From: Nemertoderma westbladi | Taxonomy: Eukaryota > Animalia > Xenacoelomorpha | Direction of reading: 5' to 3' | Assembly: GCA_032718475.1 (NCBI GenBank) | Contig: JAUCBJ010002846.1 | Span: 17,415 to 81,414, forward strand | Length of the DNA: 64,000 nt | Part shown: positions 1 through 13,699 of the stretch, in pieces | Position numbering within the stretch: the stretch's first letter is position 1 | How the letters are laid out: every line of letters begins with the position of its first letter | The notes under the pieces: model-generated | What the model saw: the letters and a program-made list of their open reading frames with translations, nothing else | Told to the model about the DNA's origin: nothing | The model's database searches: none | Translations under genes and position numbers: made by a program

Positions 1-153
1 GAGGCTGTTGGGCTCTTATTAGACGTAGCAAGATTAATCCCATTGAATCCTGTGTTGAGTTATATTGTATGTCAACGTGTACGTGGGGCTTGCACGAATT
101 GAAAATTATTTAAACCTCCAGCTTTGCTATTATGTAAGATTGGAAACCACAGG
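1..153 (+). repeat. Inverted copy of 1612-1764 (probably the same degenerate LINE in opposite orientation)
   Basis: 1-153 (gaggctgttgggctcttattagacg...tggaaaccacagg) is the near-identical reverse complement of 1612-1764. Confidence 0.85.
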
Positions 154-399
154 TTTCGGTCTTACGCGCCAGCATTAACCCTCAATCGCGCACAGGCCAG
201 CTGCAACCATTAATTACCCCACATACGAACATTGTCAAATACACCGGCAGTAGAAAACACTGTGAATAGCACCACCAAAACTACAGTAATTTGAGTTCCT
301 TTCTTATGCTTGGTGGGAAAATTTCAAGAAACATCTGGTTCACAATAGATTGCCTTATAGGTTTACGTCTTACAAGCCAGCATTAACCCCAAATAGCGC

Positions 400-760
400 A
401 TTACTATTAGGATAGGCATGCTGCATTGCAGCTGCATTTTTAAGAATGCTGTGCCGGCTTATCGACAAAATTGCACCACCACAACTCCCTATCACCCATG
501 ACATTTGGTAGATCATCCGCATCTTCTAGGCCAGTGTCCTTTAAGATGCGTCTCAAGAAAGTCATGGGCTGTCCATCATGCTTATTCACTCCATGAGGCT
601 GCCAAAGTACAAGATTATGCACTGGCTGGTCCTCACGGCGAAAGCAATGTCCTGCAAAGCGGAGGCGATTTTGTTCTAGTGTCAAGCTTGGGGGAACCAA
701 TGAGACACCTCCAATGTTATAGTGTCTGGTTGGAGATGTGTGCATTGTACGTGACACAAT
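400..760 (-). mobile_element. RTE-clade LINE 3' fragment (RT C-terminus and short 3' end)
   Basis: ORF 440-757 has RLRFAGHCFR..LVLWQP..DRELW, typical of the RTE ORF C-terminus; near-identical to the reverse complement of ~55266-55628. Confidence 0.85.
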
Positions 761-1764
761 AATCTTGAGTAGTATCTAGAAGTATCTTGACACAACAGCT
801 TTGAATAGTGTGCGGCAAACTCATCGTCAGTAGGAGTACCGGATTCTTGGACAGATAAGACTTCTCCATTCCAGTCTATGGCTGCCCAAAGGCGTTTTGG
901 GTCACTATTGGTTGCGAGACGCGCCCATCGACTCTTCGTTGATCCGAATCCTGCCGTCACTGCCCCCTGGCTCCTGTGTTACATAATTCGAGGTATGTTT
1001 TGAGTTAGATATGTATTTGTAAATATTTAGTGAGAAATAACCGCACATTGCATCAATATCAGACTGGGCCGTTTGTATAATGGGTTGGTAAATGGTAGAG
1101 GGGCGAGCCATGCAGTGAGCATAGCTCGGAGGAACAGCTAACTCTAACACCGACTTAAAGTTTCAAGTGAAGTGCAGTTGGGTTTAATTCCCTTAACACA
1201 ATTCACAGTCGGGGGTCCAGATATTGCGTCAGAGGCATTCAAAAGCTCATCGCCCAAACATTTCGATCGGTTGAGTAGTTGTGATGACGTTATATTTGTT
1301 GCAGCATCAGTTACGCTGATCAGAGCTGACCACTGATCAGGTCAGTGGGGAGTCGTAAATATCTGTCCACATTCATACATTTAATAGCTGAGGGGACTTT
1401 AGATACCTCGTTAACTAGGGATACTAAATAATCTTGAGAAGAAACCCATTTATCTTTTATCCTAAACCTGAGACCACACTGATAAAGGGATGAATGAGTT
1501 GATAAACCGTTTAAAATTATACACCCAGTGTCAAATGTAAAATGCCTTTGAAAATTTTCCCATGAGAGTTTATTGTCTGGTCGGGCCATGGTTGGTATTT
1601 CCAACCATTGTCCTGTGGTTTCCAATCTTACATAATAGCAAAGCTGGAGGCTTAAATAATTTTCAATTCGTGCAAGCCCCACCTACACGTTGACATACAG
1701 TATAATTCAACATAGGATTCAATGGGATTAATCTTGCTACGTCTAATAAGAGCCCAACAGGCTC
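761..1764 (-). pseudogene. Degenerate LINE ORF2 fragment (endonuclease C-terminus/linker), frameshifted
   Basis: Successive broken frames give GCIILNGL..FRIKDKWVS, then RWARLATNSDPKRLWAAIDWNG..PTDDEFAAHYSKLL, resembling the APE-to-RT linker of invertebrate LINEs; abuts the RTE fragment at ~760. Clade not assigned. Confidence 0.6.
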
Positions 1765-2055
1765 AGATTGGGTGACTGAGTCAGGGTCAAACTGGCCCAC
1801 GTATTTTCCGGTGAGGGTAAATTATGTTTTAGGCCCTGCCACGTCTTTTTCTTTCGTTCTATCATTACCTACTGTATGACAAAAATAATACAAATGTACT
1901 GTATATTGTACTGTATGGTACCTATTGTATTGTATATTTTATCTACTGTACCTACAGTAGTACTATCTATTCATCGCGCGTCCCTATCTGATTGATTTGT
2001 GTCAAATTAAATTGCCTTTGGCAACATTTTTTATTTGATCAATTAGTTGATCGAT

Positions 2056-2118
2056 CGATTAAACAATTAATTAATTGTTTAATCGGCCAATTAATTAATT
2101 AATTAATTAATTAATTAA
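2056..2118. repeat. Perfect 30-bp palindrome followed by a (TTAA)n run
   Basis: cgattaaacaattaattaattgtttaatcg at 2056-2085, then aattaattaatt... to ~2118. Confidence 0.8.
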
Positions 2119-2831
2119 TGACCTACTTAACACCTAAGGTGCGAAGTAGGTCCAACTGTCGCAGAGATAGCGAGATAGGGTATAACAATACTACTGGTAA
2201 GGTTTTTTACTTAACGTGCTTGATTTTTCAAGCTTCTATTTCAATAATTGTTACTCCCAAAATATAGTCCGAAGATACTAAAACGATTAAATTTGGATTT
2301 GTAGTGTGAATATTTCACAAATTTTTGTAAAAGAAGCCCTGATTGTGAAGGAGTACTACTATCTGTTATCTTGTAGTATTTCGGTACAGTCATTGGTCCA
2401 TATAAGAGACAGGTTTTGAACTTCGTTGGGTTCTGTGTAAAAATGTAAACACTGGACTTCCTCCGAAATTATGTAATAAGGGGTTTCCCGGGGCGTAGAA
2501 TCCATTTTTCCGGGTCTCGAAAGTTGATTTCACCTAGCAGTTGCTGATTTTTGAAGAAATTTTGCAGGAATGGTTACAGATCATTATTCGAATTAGTTTT
2601 AAGTAGGTTTCTGTAATTATTTGGCTATAGGAGCCCCTTGAAGTTGATATTGAAGTTGTCTCACGTTTGGGTCCATGTCTCAAATTAGGCAGAATGACTG
2701 TACTTCGTTCCTAGATAAAAACAAATCGGATGTATTTCTGGGGTGCCGCCGGAATATAAAGTGTATTTTATAAATCCTACAACTGTTATCATTGCATCGA
2801 TTGTGGCTACCGCTACCATATTGTTGTCTAG

Positions 2832-3003
2832 GTGGCGAAAAATCAAAAGAAGTGTCTAGAAGGAACAGTACTGCAACTCCAAGACACTGTTTCAAAACTG
2901 AAACAAGATATGCGAGAGATGGAGAATGAACGCATTCAGTTAATGGAAGGTGTAACCAGATTGCAAAACGAAATACCTTTTGATCGCCTTCAGCCATTAT
3001 TGG
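2832..3003 (+). CDS. Candidate internal exon encoding a coiled-coil segment
   Basis: tag| at 2829-2831 and |gttagt at 3004. The open frame reads VAKNQKKCLEGTVLQLQDTVSKLKQDMREMENERIQLMEGVTRLQNEIPFDRLQPLL+G, with heptad-like hydrophobic spacing. Not in the supplied ORF track. Confidence 0.5.
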
Positions 3004-3239
3004 GTTAGTACTTATACTGTTTACAGTGCCTGAATAACAGTGTAAATACAGTGCCATACAATTTAATTGGAACCTTGGTTAATTGTTTTTTATTTGAAAT
3101 TGGCCCACTTTATGTTTGCTAACGTAGGTATCATGTAGCCGGTTGGTGCGCCAATAAATTATTGTTGGGCTAGAAACATTTGAATAAGTTCATAAAGTAA
3201 GTCACCAGTTCTAGTCACAAGGGACCAGTTCTACAACGG

Positions 3240-3500
3240 GAAAATTATAGACCTGTAGCACTTTAACAATATTATCAAAAACTTTATTTTATTACATCTA
3301 GAGCTGAATCTTTCAAATTCGAAAACGGCTTAGAGATGTCTTTTACTGTAGTTCTCGAGTTATCGTAAAATATCTGTCTGTCAAAATGTAAGACAGACAA
3401 ACCGACACACGGACAGACTAGATTCCACCAAATATAAAAAAAACTAACATCGGAAATGAAATCAGCGACCCCGAAAACCCCCATAAATATAATTTTAGCT
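3240..3500. mobile_element. Non-autonomous element remnant (DINE/Helentron-like) leading into the 50-bp satellite
   Basis: gagttatcg, ctgtctgtc/gacagacaaaccgacacacggacagac core and tcagcgaccccgaaaaccccc motif; family assignment is by resemblance only. Confidence 0.35.
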
Positions 3501-6500
3501 CGGTGGTGTGTTTCCTTCCTGTCAGACACTATTAACCAACCAGACCCCATCGGTGGTGTGTTTCCTTCCTGTCAGACACTATTAACCAACCAGACCCCAT
3601 CGGTGGTGTGTTTCCTTCCTGTCAGACACTATTAACCAACCAGACCCCATCGGTGGTGTGTTTCCTTCCTGTCAGACACTATTAACCAACCAGACCCCAT
3701 CGGTGGTGTGTTTCCTTCCTGCCAGACACTATTAACCAACCAGACCCCATCGGTGGTGTGTTTCCTTCCTGTCAGACACTATTAACTAACCAGACACTAT
3801 TAACCAACTAGACACTATTAACCAACCAGACCCCATCGGTGGTGTGTTTCCTTCCTGTCAGACACTATTAACTAACCAGACACTATTAACCAACTAGACA
3901 CTATTAACCAACCAGACCCCATCGGTGGTGTGTTTCCTTCCTGTCAGACACTATTAACTAACCAGACACTATTAACCAACCAGACACTATTAACCAACCA
4001 AACACTATTAACCAACCAGACCCCATCGGTGGTGTGTTTCCTTCCTGTCAGACACTATTAACTAACCAGACCCCATCGGTGGTGTGTTTCCTTCCTGTCA
4101 GACACTATTAACTAACCAGACACTATTAACCAACCAGACCCCATCGGTGGTGTGTTTCCTTCCTGTCAGACACTATTAACTAACCAGACACTATTAACCA
4201 ACCAGACCCCATCGGTGCTGTCAGACACTATTAACCAACCAGACCCCATCGGTGGTGTGTTTCCTTCCTGTCAGACACTATTAACCAACCAGACCCCATC
4301 GGTGGTGTGTTTCCTTCCTGTCAGACTCTATTAACCAACCAGACCCCATCGGTGGTGTGTTTCCTTCCTGTCAGACTCTATTAACCAACCAGACCCCATC
4401 GGTGGTGTGTTTCCTTCCTGTCAGACACTATTAACCAACCAGACACTATTAACCAACCATACACTATTAACCAACCAGACACTAATAACCAACCAGACCC
4501 CATCGGTGGTGTGTTTCCTTCCTGTCAGACACTATTAACCAACCAGACACTATTAACCAACCAGAGACTATTTACCAACCAGACACTATTAACCAACCAG
4601 ACCCCATCGGTGCTGTGTTTCCTTCCTGTCAGACACTATTAACCAACCAGAGACTATTTACCAACCAGACACTATTAACCAACCAGACCCCATCGGTGCT
4701 GTGTTTCCTTCCTGTCAGACACTATTAACCAACCAGACCCCATCGGTGGTGTGTTTCCTTCCTGTCAGACACTATTAACCAACCAGACCCCATCGGTGGT
4801 GTGTTTCCTTCCTGTCAGACTCTATTAACCAACCAGACCCCATCGGTGGTGTGTTTCCTTCCTGTCAGACACTATTAACCAACCAGACCCCATCGGTGCT
4901 GTGTTTCCTTCCTGTCAGACACTATTAACCAACCAGACCTCCTCATCGGTGCTGTGTTTCCTTCCTGTCAGACACTATTAACCAACCAGACCCCATCGGT
5001 GCTGTGTTTCCTTCCTGTCAGACACTATTAACCAACCAGACACTATTAACCAACCAGACACTATTAACCAACCAGACACTAATAACCAACCAGACCCCAT
5101 CGGTGGTGTGTTTCCTTCCTGTCAGACACTATTAACCAACCAGACACTATTAACCAACCAGACACTATTAACCAACCAGACACTATTAACCAACCAGACC
5201 CCATCGGTGCTGTGTTTCCTTCCTGTCAGACACTATTAACCAACCAGACCCAATCGGTGCTGTGTTTCCTTCCTGTCAGACACTATTAACCAACCAGACC
5301 TCCTCATCGGTGCTGTGTTTCCTTCATGTCAGACACTATTAACCAACCAGATCCCATCGGTGCTGTGTTTCCTTCCTGTCAGACACTATTAACCAACCAG
5401 ACCCCATCGGTGGTGTGTTTCCTTCCTGTCAGACACTATTAACCAACCAGACCCCATCGGTGGTGTGTTTCCTTCCTGTCAGACTCTATTAACCAACCAG
5501 ACCCCATCGGTGGTGTGTTTCCTTCCTGTCAGACACTATTAACCAACCAGACCCCATCGGTGCTGTGTTTCCTTCCTGTCAGACACTATTAACCAACCAG
5601 ACCCCATCGGTGCTGTGTTTCCTTCCTGTCAGACACTATTAACCAACCAGACCCCATCGGTGCTGTGTTTCCTTCCTGTCAGACACTATTAACCAACCAG
5701 ACCCCATCGGTGCTGTGTTTCCTTCCTGTCAGACACTATTAACCAACCAGACACTATTAACCAACCAGACACTATTAACCAACCAGACACTAATAACCAA
5801 CCAGACCCCATCGGTGGTGTGTTTCCTTCCTGTCAGACACTATTAACCAACCAGACACTATTAACCAACCAGACACTATTAACCAACCAGACACTATTAA
5901 CCAACCAGACACTATTAACCAACCAGACACTATTAACCAACCAGACACTATTAACCAACCAGACCCCAACGGTGCTGTGTTTCCTTCCTGTCAGACACTA
6001 TTAACCAACCAGACCCCATCGGTGCTGTGTTTCCTTCCTGTCAGACACTATTAACCAACCAGACCTCCTCATCGGTGCTGTGTTTCCTTCCTGTCAGACA
6101 CTATTAACTAACCAGACCCCATCGGTGGTATGTTTCCTTCCTGTCAGACACTATTAACCAACCAGACCCCATCGGTGCTGTGTTTCCTTCCTGTCAGACA
6201 CTATTAACCAACCAGACACTATTAACCAACCAGACACTATTAACCAACCAGACACTAATAACCAACCAGACCCCATCGGTGGTGTGTTTCCTTCCTGTCA
6301 GACACTATTAACCAACCAGACACTATTAACCAACCAGACACTATTAACCAACCAGACACTATTAACCAACCAGACACTATTAACCAACCAGACACTATTA
6401 ACCAACCAGACACTATTAACCAACCAGACCCCATCGGTGCTGTGTTTCCTTCCTGTCAGACACTATTAACCAACCAGACCCCATCGGTGCTGTGTTTCCT

Positions 6501-9500
6501 TCCTGTCAGACACTATTAACCAACCAGACCTCCTCATCGGTGGTGTTCTTCCTTCCTGTCAGACACTATTAACCAACCAGACCCCATCGGTGGTGTGTTT
6601 CCTTCCTGTCAGACACTATTAACCAACCAGACCCCATCGGTGGTGTGTTTCCTTCCTGTCAGACACTATTAACCAACCAGACCCCATCGGTGGTGTGTTT
6701 CCTTCCTGTCAGACACTATTAACCAACCAGACCCCATCGGTGGTGTGTTTCCTTCCTGTCAGACACTATTAACCAACCAGACCTCCTCATCGGTGCTGTG
6801 TTTCCTTCCTGTCAGACACTATTAACCAACCAGACCCCATCGGTGGTGTGTTTCCTTCCTGTCAGACACTATTAACCAACCAGACCCCATCGGTGGTGTG
6901 TTTCCTTCCTGTCAGACTCTATTAACCAACCAGACCCCATCGGTGGTGTGTTTCCTTCCTGTCAGACACTATTAACCAACCAGACCCCATCGGTGCTGTG
7001 TTTCCTTCCTGTCAGACACTATTAACCAACCAGACCCCATCGGTGCTGTGTTTCCTTCCTGTCAGACACTATTAACCAACCAGACCCCATCGGTGCTGTC
7101 AGACACTATTAACCAACCAGACCCCATCGGTGGTGTGTTTCCTTCCTGTCAGACACTATTAACCAACCAGACCCCATCGGTGGTGTGTTTCCTTCCTGTC
7201 AGACACTATTAACCAACCAGACCCCATCGGTGGTGTGTTTCCTTCCTGTCAGACACTATTAACCAACCAGACACTATTAACCAACCAGACACTATTAACC
7301 AACCAGACCCCATCGGTGGTGTGTTTCCTTCCTGTCAGACACTATTAACCAACCAGACCCCATCGGTGGTGTGTTTCCTTCCTGTCAGACACTATTAACC
7401 AACCAGACCCCATCGGTGCTGTCAGACACTATTAACGAACCAGACCCCATCGGTGGTGTGTTTCCTTCCTGTCAGACACTATTAACCAACTAGACCCCAT
7501 CGGTGCTGTCAGACACTATTAACCAACCAGACCCCATCGGTGGTGTGTTTCCTTCCTGTCAGACACTATTAACCAACCAGACCCCATCGGTGGTGTGTTT
7601 CCTTCCTGTCAGACACTATTAACCAACCAGACCTCATCGGTGGTGTGTTTCCTTCCTGTCAGACACTATTAACCAACCAGACCCCATCGGTGCTGTGTTT
7701 CCTTCCTGTCAGACACTATTAACCAACCAGACACTATTAACCAACCAGACCCCATCGGTGCTGTGTTTCCTTCCTGTCAGACACTATTAACCAACCAGAC
7801 ACTATTAACCAACCAGACCCCATCGGTGGTGTGTTTCCTTCCTGTCAGACACTATTAACCAACCAGACCCCATCGGTGGTGTGTTTCCTTCCTGTCAGAC
7901 ACTATTAACCAACCAGACCCCATCGGTGGTGTGTTTCCTTCCTGTCAGACACTATTAACCAACCAGACCCCATCGGTGGTGTGTTTCCTTCCTGTCAGAC
8001 ACTATTAACCAACCAGACCCCATCGGTGCTGTGTTTCCTTCCTGTCAGACACTATTAACCAACCAGACCCCATCGGTGGTGTGTTTCCTTCCTGTCAGAC
8101 ACTATTAACCAACCAGACCCCATCGGTGGTGTGTTTCCTTCCTGTCAGACACTATTAACCAACCAGACCCCATCGGTGGTGTGTTTCCTTCCTGTCAGAC
8201 TCTATTAACCAACCAGACCCCATCGGTGGTGTGTTTCCTTCCTGTCAGACACTATTAACCAACCAGACCCCATCGGTGCTGTGTTTCCTTCCTGTCAGAC
8301 ACTATTAACCAACCAGACCCCATCGGTGGTGTGTTTCCTTCCTGTCAGACACTATTAACCAACCAGACCCCATCGGTGGTGTGTTTCCTTCCTGTCAGAC
8401 ACTATTAACCAACCAGACCCCATCGGTGGTGTGTTTCCTTCCTGTCAGACACTATTAACCAACCAGACCCCATCGGTGGTGTGTTTCCTTCCTGTCAGAC
8501 TCTATTAACCAACCAGACCCCATCGGTGGTGTGTTTCCTTCCTGTCAGACACTATTAACCAACCAGACCCCATCGGTGCTGTGTTTCCTTCCTGTCAGAC
8601 ACTATTAACCAACCAGACCCCATCGGTGCTGTGTTTCCTTCCTGTCAGACACTATTAACCAACCAGACCCCATCGGTGGTGTGTTTCCTTCCTGTCAGAC
8701 ACTATTAACCAACCAGACCCCATCGGTGGTGTGTTTCCTTCCTGTCAGACACTATTAACCAACCAGACCCCATCGGTGGTGTGTTTCCTTCCTGTCAGAC
8801 ACTATTAACCAACCAGACCCCATCGGTGGTGTGTTTCCTTCCTGTCAGACACTATTAACCAACCAGACACTATTAACCAACCAGACACTATTAACCAACC
8901 AGACCCCATCGGTGGTGTGTTTCCTTCCTGTCAGACACTATTAACCAACCAGACCCCATCGGTGGTGTGTTTCCTTCCTGTCAGACACTATTAACCAACC
9001 AGACCCCATCGGTGCTGTCAGACACTATTAACCAACCAGACCCCATCGGTGGTGTGTTTCCTTCCTGTCAGACACTATTAACCAACCAGACCCCATCGGT
9101 GGTGTGTTTCCTTCCTGTCAGACACTATTAACCAACCAGACCCCATCGGTGGTGTGTTTCCTTCCTGTCAGACACTATTAACCAACCAGACCCCATCGGT
9201 GCTGTGTTTCCTTCCTGTCAGACACTATTAACCAACTAGACCTCATCGGTGGTGTGTTTCCTTCCTGTCAGACACTATTAACCAACTAGACCCCATCGGT
9301 GGTGTGTTTCCTTCCTGTCAGACACTATTAACCAACCAGACACTATTAACCAACCAGACCCCATCGGTGGTGTGTTTCCTTCCTGTCAGACACTATTAAC
9401 CAACCAGACCCCATCGGTGGTGTGTTTCCTTCCTGTCAGACACTATTAACCAACCAGACCCCATCGGTGCTGTGTTTCCTTCCTGTCAGACACTATTAAC

Positions 9501-11379
9501 CAACCAGACCCCATCGGTGGTGTGTTTCCTTCCTGTCAGACACTATTAACCAACCAGACCCCATCGGTGGTGTGTTTCCTTCCTGTCAGACTCTATTAAC
9601 CAACCAGACCCCATCGGTGGTGTGTTTCCTTCCTGTCAGACACTATTAACCAACCAGACCCCATCGGTGGTGTGTTTCCTTCCTGTCAGACACTATTAAC
9701 TAACCAGACACTATTAACCAACCAGACACTATTAACCAACCAGACCCCATCGGTGGTGTGTTTCCTTCCTGTCAGACACTATTAACCAACCAGACCCCAT
9801 CGGTGGTGTGTTTCCTTCCTGTCAGACACTATTAACCAACCAGACCCCATCGGTGCTGTGTTTCCTTCCTGTCAGACACTATTAACCAACCAGACCCCAT
9901 CGGTGCTGTGTTTCCTTCCTGTCAGACACTATTAACCAACCAGACCCCATCGGTGGTGTGTTTCCTTCCTGTCAGACACTATTAACCAACCAGACCCCAT
10001 CGGTGGTGTGTTTCCTTCCTGTCAGACACTATTAACCAACCAGACCCCATCGGTGGTGTGTTTCCTTCCTGTCAGACACTATTAACCAACCAGACCCCAT
10101 CGGTGCTGTCAGACACTATTAACCAACCAGACCCCATCGGTGGTGTGTTTCCTTCCTGTCAGACACTATTAACCAACCAGACCCCATCGGTGGTGTGTTT
10201 CCTTCCTGTCAGACACTATTAACCAACCAGACCCCATCGGTGGTGTGTTTCCTTCCTGTCAGACACTATTAACCAACCAGACACTATTAACCAACCAGAC
10301 ACTATTAACCAACCAGACCCCATCGGTGGTGTGTTTCCTTCCTGTCAGACACTATTAACTAACCAGACCCCATCGGTGGTGTGTTTCCTTCCTGTCAGAC
10401 ACTATTAACCAACCAGACCCCATCGGTGCTGTCAGACACTATTAACCAACCAGACCCCATCGGTGGTGTGTTTCCTTCCTGTCAGACACTATTAACCAAC
10501 CAGACCCCATCGGTGGTGTGTTTCCTTCCTGTCAGACACTATTAACCAACCAGACCTCATCGGTGGTGTGTTTCCTTCCTGTCAGACACTATTAACCAAC
10601 TAGACCCCATCGGTGGTGTGTTTCCTTCCTGTCAGACACTATTAACCAACCAGACACTATTAACCAACCAGACCCCATCGGTGGTGTGTTTCCTTCCTGT
10701 CAGACACTATTAACCAACCAGACCCCATCGGTGGTGTGTTTCCTTCCTGTCAGACACTATTAACCAACCAGACCCCATCGGTGGTGTGTTTCCTTCCTGT
10801 CAGACACTATTAACCAACCAGACCCCATCGGTGGTGTGTTTCCTTCCTGTCAGACACTATTAACCAACCAGACCCCATCGGTGCTGTGTTTCCTTCCTGT
10901 CAGACACTATTAACCAACCAGACCCCATCGGTGGTGTGTTTCCTTCCTGTCAGACACTATTAACCAACCAGACCCCATCGGTGGTGTGTTTCCTTCCTGT
11001 CAGACACTATTAACCAACCAGACCCCATCGGTGGTGTGTTTCCTTCCTGTCAGACACTATTAACCAACTAGACCCCATCGGTGGTGTGTTTCCTTCCTGT
11101 CAGACACTATTAACCAACCAGACCCCATCGGTGCTGTGTTTCCTTCCTGTCAGACACTATTAACCAACCAGACCCCATCGGTGGTGTGTTTCCTTCCTGT
11201 CAGACACTATTAACCAACCAGACCCCATCGGTGGTGTGTTTCCTTCCTGTCAGACACTATTAACCAACTAGACCCCATTGGTGGTGTGTTTCCTTCCTGT
11301 CAGACACTATTAACTAACCAGACACTATTAACCAACCAGACCCCATCGGTGGTGTGTTTCCTTCCTGTCAGACACTATT
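3501..11379 (+). repeat. Satellite A block 1 (50-bp monomer with variable 18-bp sub-repeat)
   Basis: Monomer cggtggtgtgtttccttcctgtcagacactattaaccaaccagaccccat; the sub-unit cagacactattaaccaac expands up to about 7x in some monomers. Confidence 0.98.
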
Positions 11380-11592
11380 TATTTATTTATTTATGCCAGG
11401 CAAAGAACACCCATATCACATTGATTTAAACAACAGACATAATGATTAACAAATTATAATAATATAGCTAGGTATGGTGGGGTGGGGCCCCGAGCAGGGA
11501 AGCACAAACTGCAATGAATAAAGAAAATCAATACAAAACAAAACAAAATAAACAAAATAACAAAACAAAACAAAATAAACGATTTGGACCTC

Positions 11593-13698
11593 CTAATGGC
11601 TGTCCAAGGAACACCGACCAATCAGACGGCTTGTCTGGAACGTCACCATGGCCACACTCTGCACAATACTATTCTGAGACGAGTTCACGCGATGCAACAG
11701 TGATACCCGCGCATTGTGAAGGACATGAATGAGTTTCGGCAGATTTAATGCACCACACATGTATGATACACTAGAGTCATACCGAAATCCAAACAATTTT
11801 CTAATTATATTGTTGTAGGCCACCCTAAACTTGTTGTACGTTGCAATGGAGTAATTACTTCGAGCCCACAACGAGCTGCAATAAACTTGCGTACAAAATG
11901 AGCGAAAAAGTTTCACTTTAACGTCCCGAGAACTGTAGCTGAATTTACGAATGAGGAAATTACCCCTACGATATAAACTCGATAGCTGATTTAGAATGTC
12001 ATAATTGTCATCGGTGGTAGAGTGAAATATATGACCTAAGTACTTAAATTTTGTAACTGTCTCAATAGCCTTACCATTTATCGATATATATTTAACTAAA
12101 TCGTTGTTACTAGATTTCGGTATGTATCGCATAAACTTAGATTTCTTCATATTAATCACAATAGAGTGCCTGTCGGCATAACTCGTGAAAGTGTCAATCA
12201 ACTTATTTAAACCAGCTATCGAGTTTGATGCTAAAGATAAGTCATCAGCATACAAAAGATGATTTGATCTCTTATTATTTAATTTACAACCTACGTTTGT
12301 ATTAGTTAACTCTACACTTAAGTCGTCCATATATATAGCATAGAAGTAGGCCGATAAAATACCCCCTTGTTTCGTGCCGTTAGTGACTGCAAACGAGTTA
12401 GATATACAACCCCCCCATCGTATACTAAGAACTTGAAACCGGTACCAATATCGAACTATCCTAATGTAAAACAGAGGAATGTTACGTTTAATTAATTTAT
12501 CAAATAACTTGTAATGGTTAACCAGATCGAAAGCCTTTGAGGAATCTATGAAACATATGTACACCGCACTGTCATTTTCTAAATAGTATTGTATGGTTTC
12601 TTTTAAAGCGAAAACGCATAATTCAGTACCTAAATTACTTTTAAATCCAAACTGAGAGTCTGTAGTATTCAGTTTAGAACTGAAACGTTCAAGCATAACT
12701 AGCTCCAAAACTTTGCTACTTATAGTTGCAAGGGCTATGCCTCTATAATTATCAAAATGTGTGATATCATCATTTTTGTCCTTCACGATGGGCAAAATAT
12801 TGCATAGCATGAACTCGTCATTCATATGACCATGAACATTGAAAGTACTGTACAGAGCCGCCAGGCGGCGGAACAGACGCGCGGTGCCATGGATATAGTG
12901 TTCGCTGGACAGACCATCAGGTCCAATTTTTCCGGGAGACAACCTACCTACAGCAACAGCTACCTCTACATCAGAAACCAACATATCATTGCTAAATTCA
13001 ATATTACTGAAAATAGATTCAATGTCGTGCTTGCCGGAGTCATCATTTACTTTATTGTATAAGTTTTTTAATCTTTCCTTAAAGGCGTCACATATATATT
13101 TTTCGCCCACAGCATCGCCAACTTTACTGGACAGCGGTACGTGTGCACTGCAGTGCTTTTTAACATTAGCCCAAAAGTCATTTTGATTACTCGAATATAA
13201 TGACTCCGCAAGTTTATCAGCGCGTATACCATTAGCATTGCGCTTACACTGTTTAAGTGCGCGTTTAAATTCTAACTTGGACTGATAATAATCAAAAAGA
13301 ATAGGACCTGCTCGGGGACACCCGTTAGTACGCCAAATTCTAAAAAATAATCTTGACCTATCATACAATGATTTAACATAATCATTCCATCCCGGGACAG
13401 CATTAAACTTTGAGTTCACTGAACCTTTCTTTTTCGGAATAGTGCGCTCAGAGGCTAGATGCAATGCACCAACAATATCACAGTATAAATTGTTTATTGC
13501 ACTTAAGTGATCAGGATTAGTACATTGAGCATCTGCACAGTTAGATACAGTATCAGGGACTACAATTGTATTTAAGAGACTGTTCAAGACTGATTGATAT
13601 TCATTGATATTAGTTGCATTGGCATTATTCCAATCGCATTTGTTACCTGCACACGTTCTATTACTAGTATTACTATGAATATTAGGTTCAGGGGCCAC
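11593..13698 (-). CDS. LINE reverse transcriptase ORF (701 aa, cut at the insertion)
   Basis: GPDGL, NYRGIAL, QFGFK, FIDSSKAFD, GTKQGGILS, YADD and KYLG motifs. Confidence 0.93.
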   Translation of the reverse strand: MAPEPNIHSNTSNRTCAGNKCDWNNANATNINEYQSVLNSLLNTIVVPDTVSNCADAQCTNPDHLSAINNLYCDIVGALHLASERTIPKKKGSVNSKFNAVPGWNDYVKSLYDRSRLFFRIWRTNGCPRAGPILFDYYQSKLEFKRALKQCKRNANGIRADKLAESLYSSNQNDFWANVKKHCSAHVPLSSKVGDAVGEKYICDAFKERLKNLYNKVNDDSGKHDIESIFSNIEFSNDMLVSDVEVAVAVGRLSPGKIGPDGLSSEHYIHGTARLFRRLAALYSTFNVHGHMNDEFMLCNILPIVKDKNDDITHFDNYRGIALATISSKVLELVMLERFSSKLNTTDSQFGFKSNLGTELCVFALKETIQYYLENDSAVYICFIDSSKAFDLVNHYKLFDKLIKRNIPLFYIRIVRYWYRFQVLSIRWGGCISNSFAVTNGTKQGGILSAYFYAIYMDDLSVELTNTNVGCKLNNKRSNHLLYADDLSLASNSIAGLNKLIDTFTSYADRHSIVINMKKSKFMRYIPKSSNNDLVKYISINGKAIETVTKFKYLGHIFHSTTDDNYDILNQLSSLYRRGNFLIRKFSYSSRDVKVKLFRSFCTQVYCSSLWARSNYSIATYNKFRVAYNNIIRKLFGFRYDSSVSYMCGALNLPKLIHVLHNARVSLLHRVNSSQNSIVQSVAMVTFQTSRLIGRCSLDSH

Positions 13699-13699
13699 C

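Noticed and set aside
2680-3057. 125-aa minus-strand ORF
   Set aside because: No recognisable features; the opposite strand gives a better exon with splice sites.
4152-6469. Short ORFs with QTLLTN repeats
   Set aside because: By-products of the 18-bp sub-repeat.
11514-11732. 72-aa + ORF (duplicated at 20867-21085) and other short ORFs antisense to the LINE RT
   Set aside because: Antisense shadows of LINE ORF2 and its 3' UTR.
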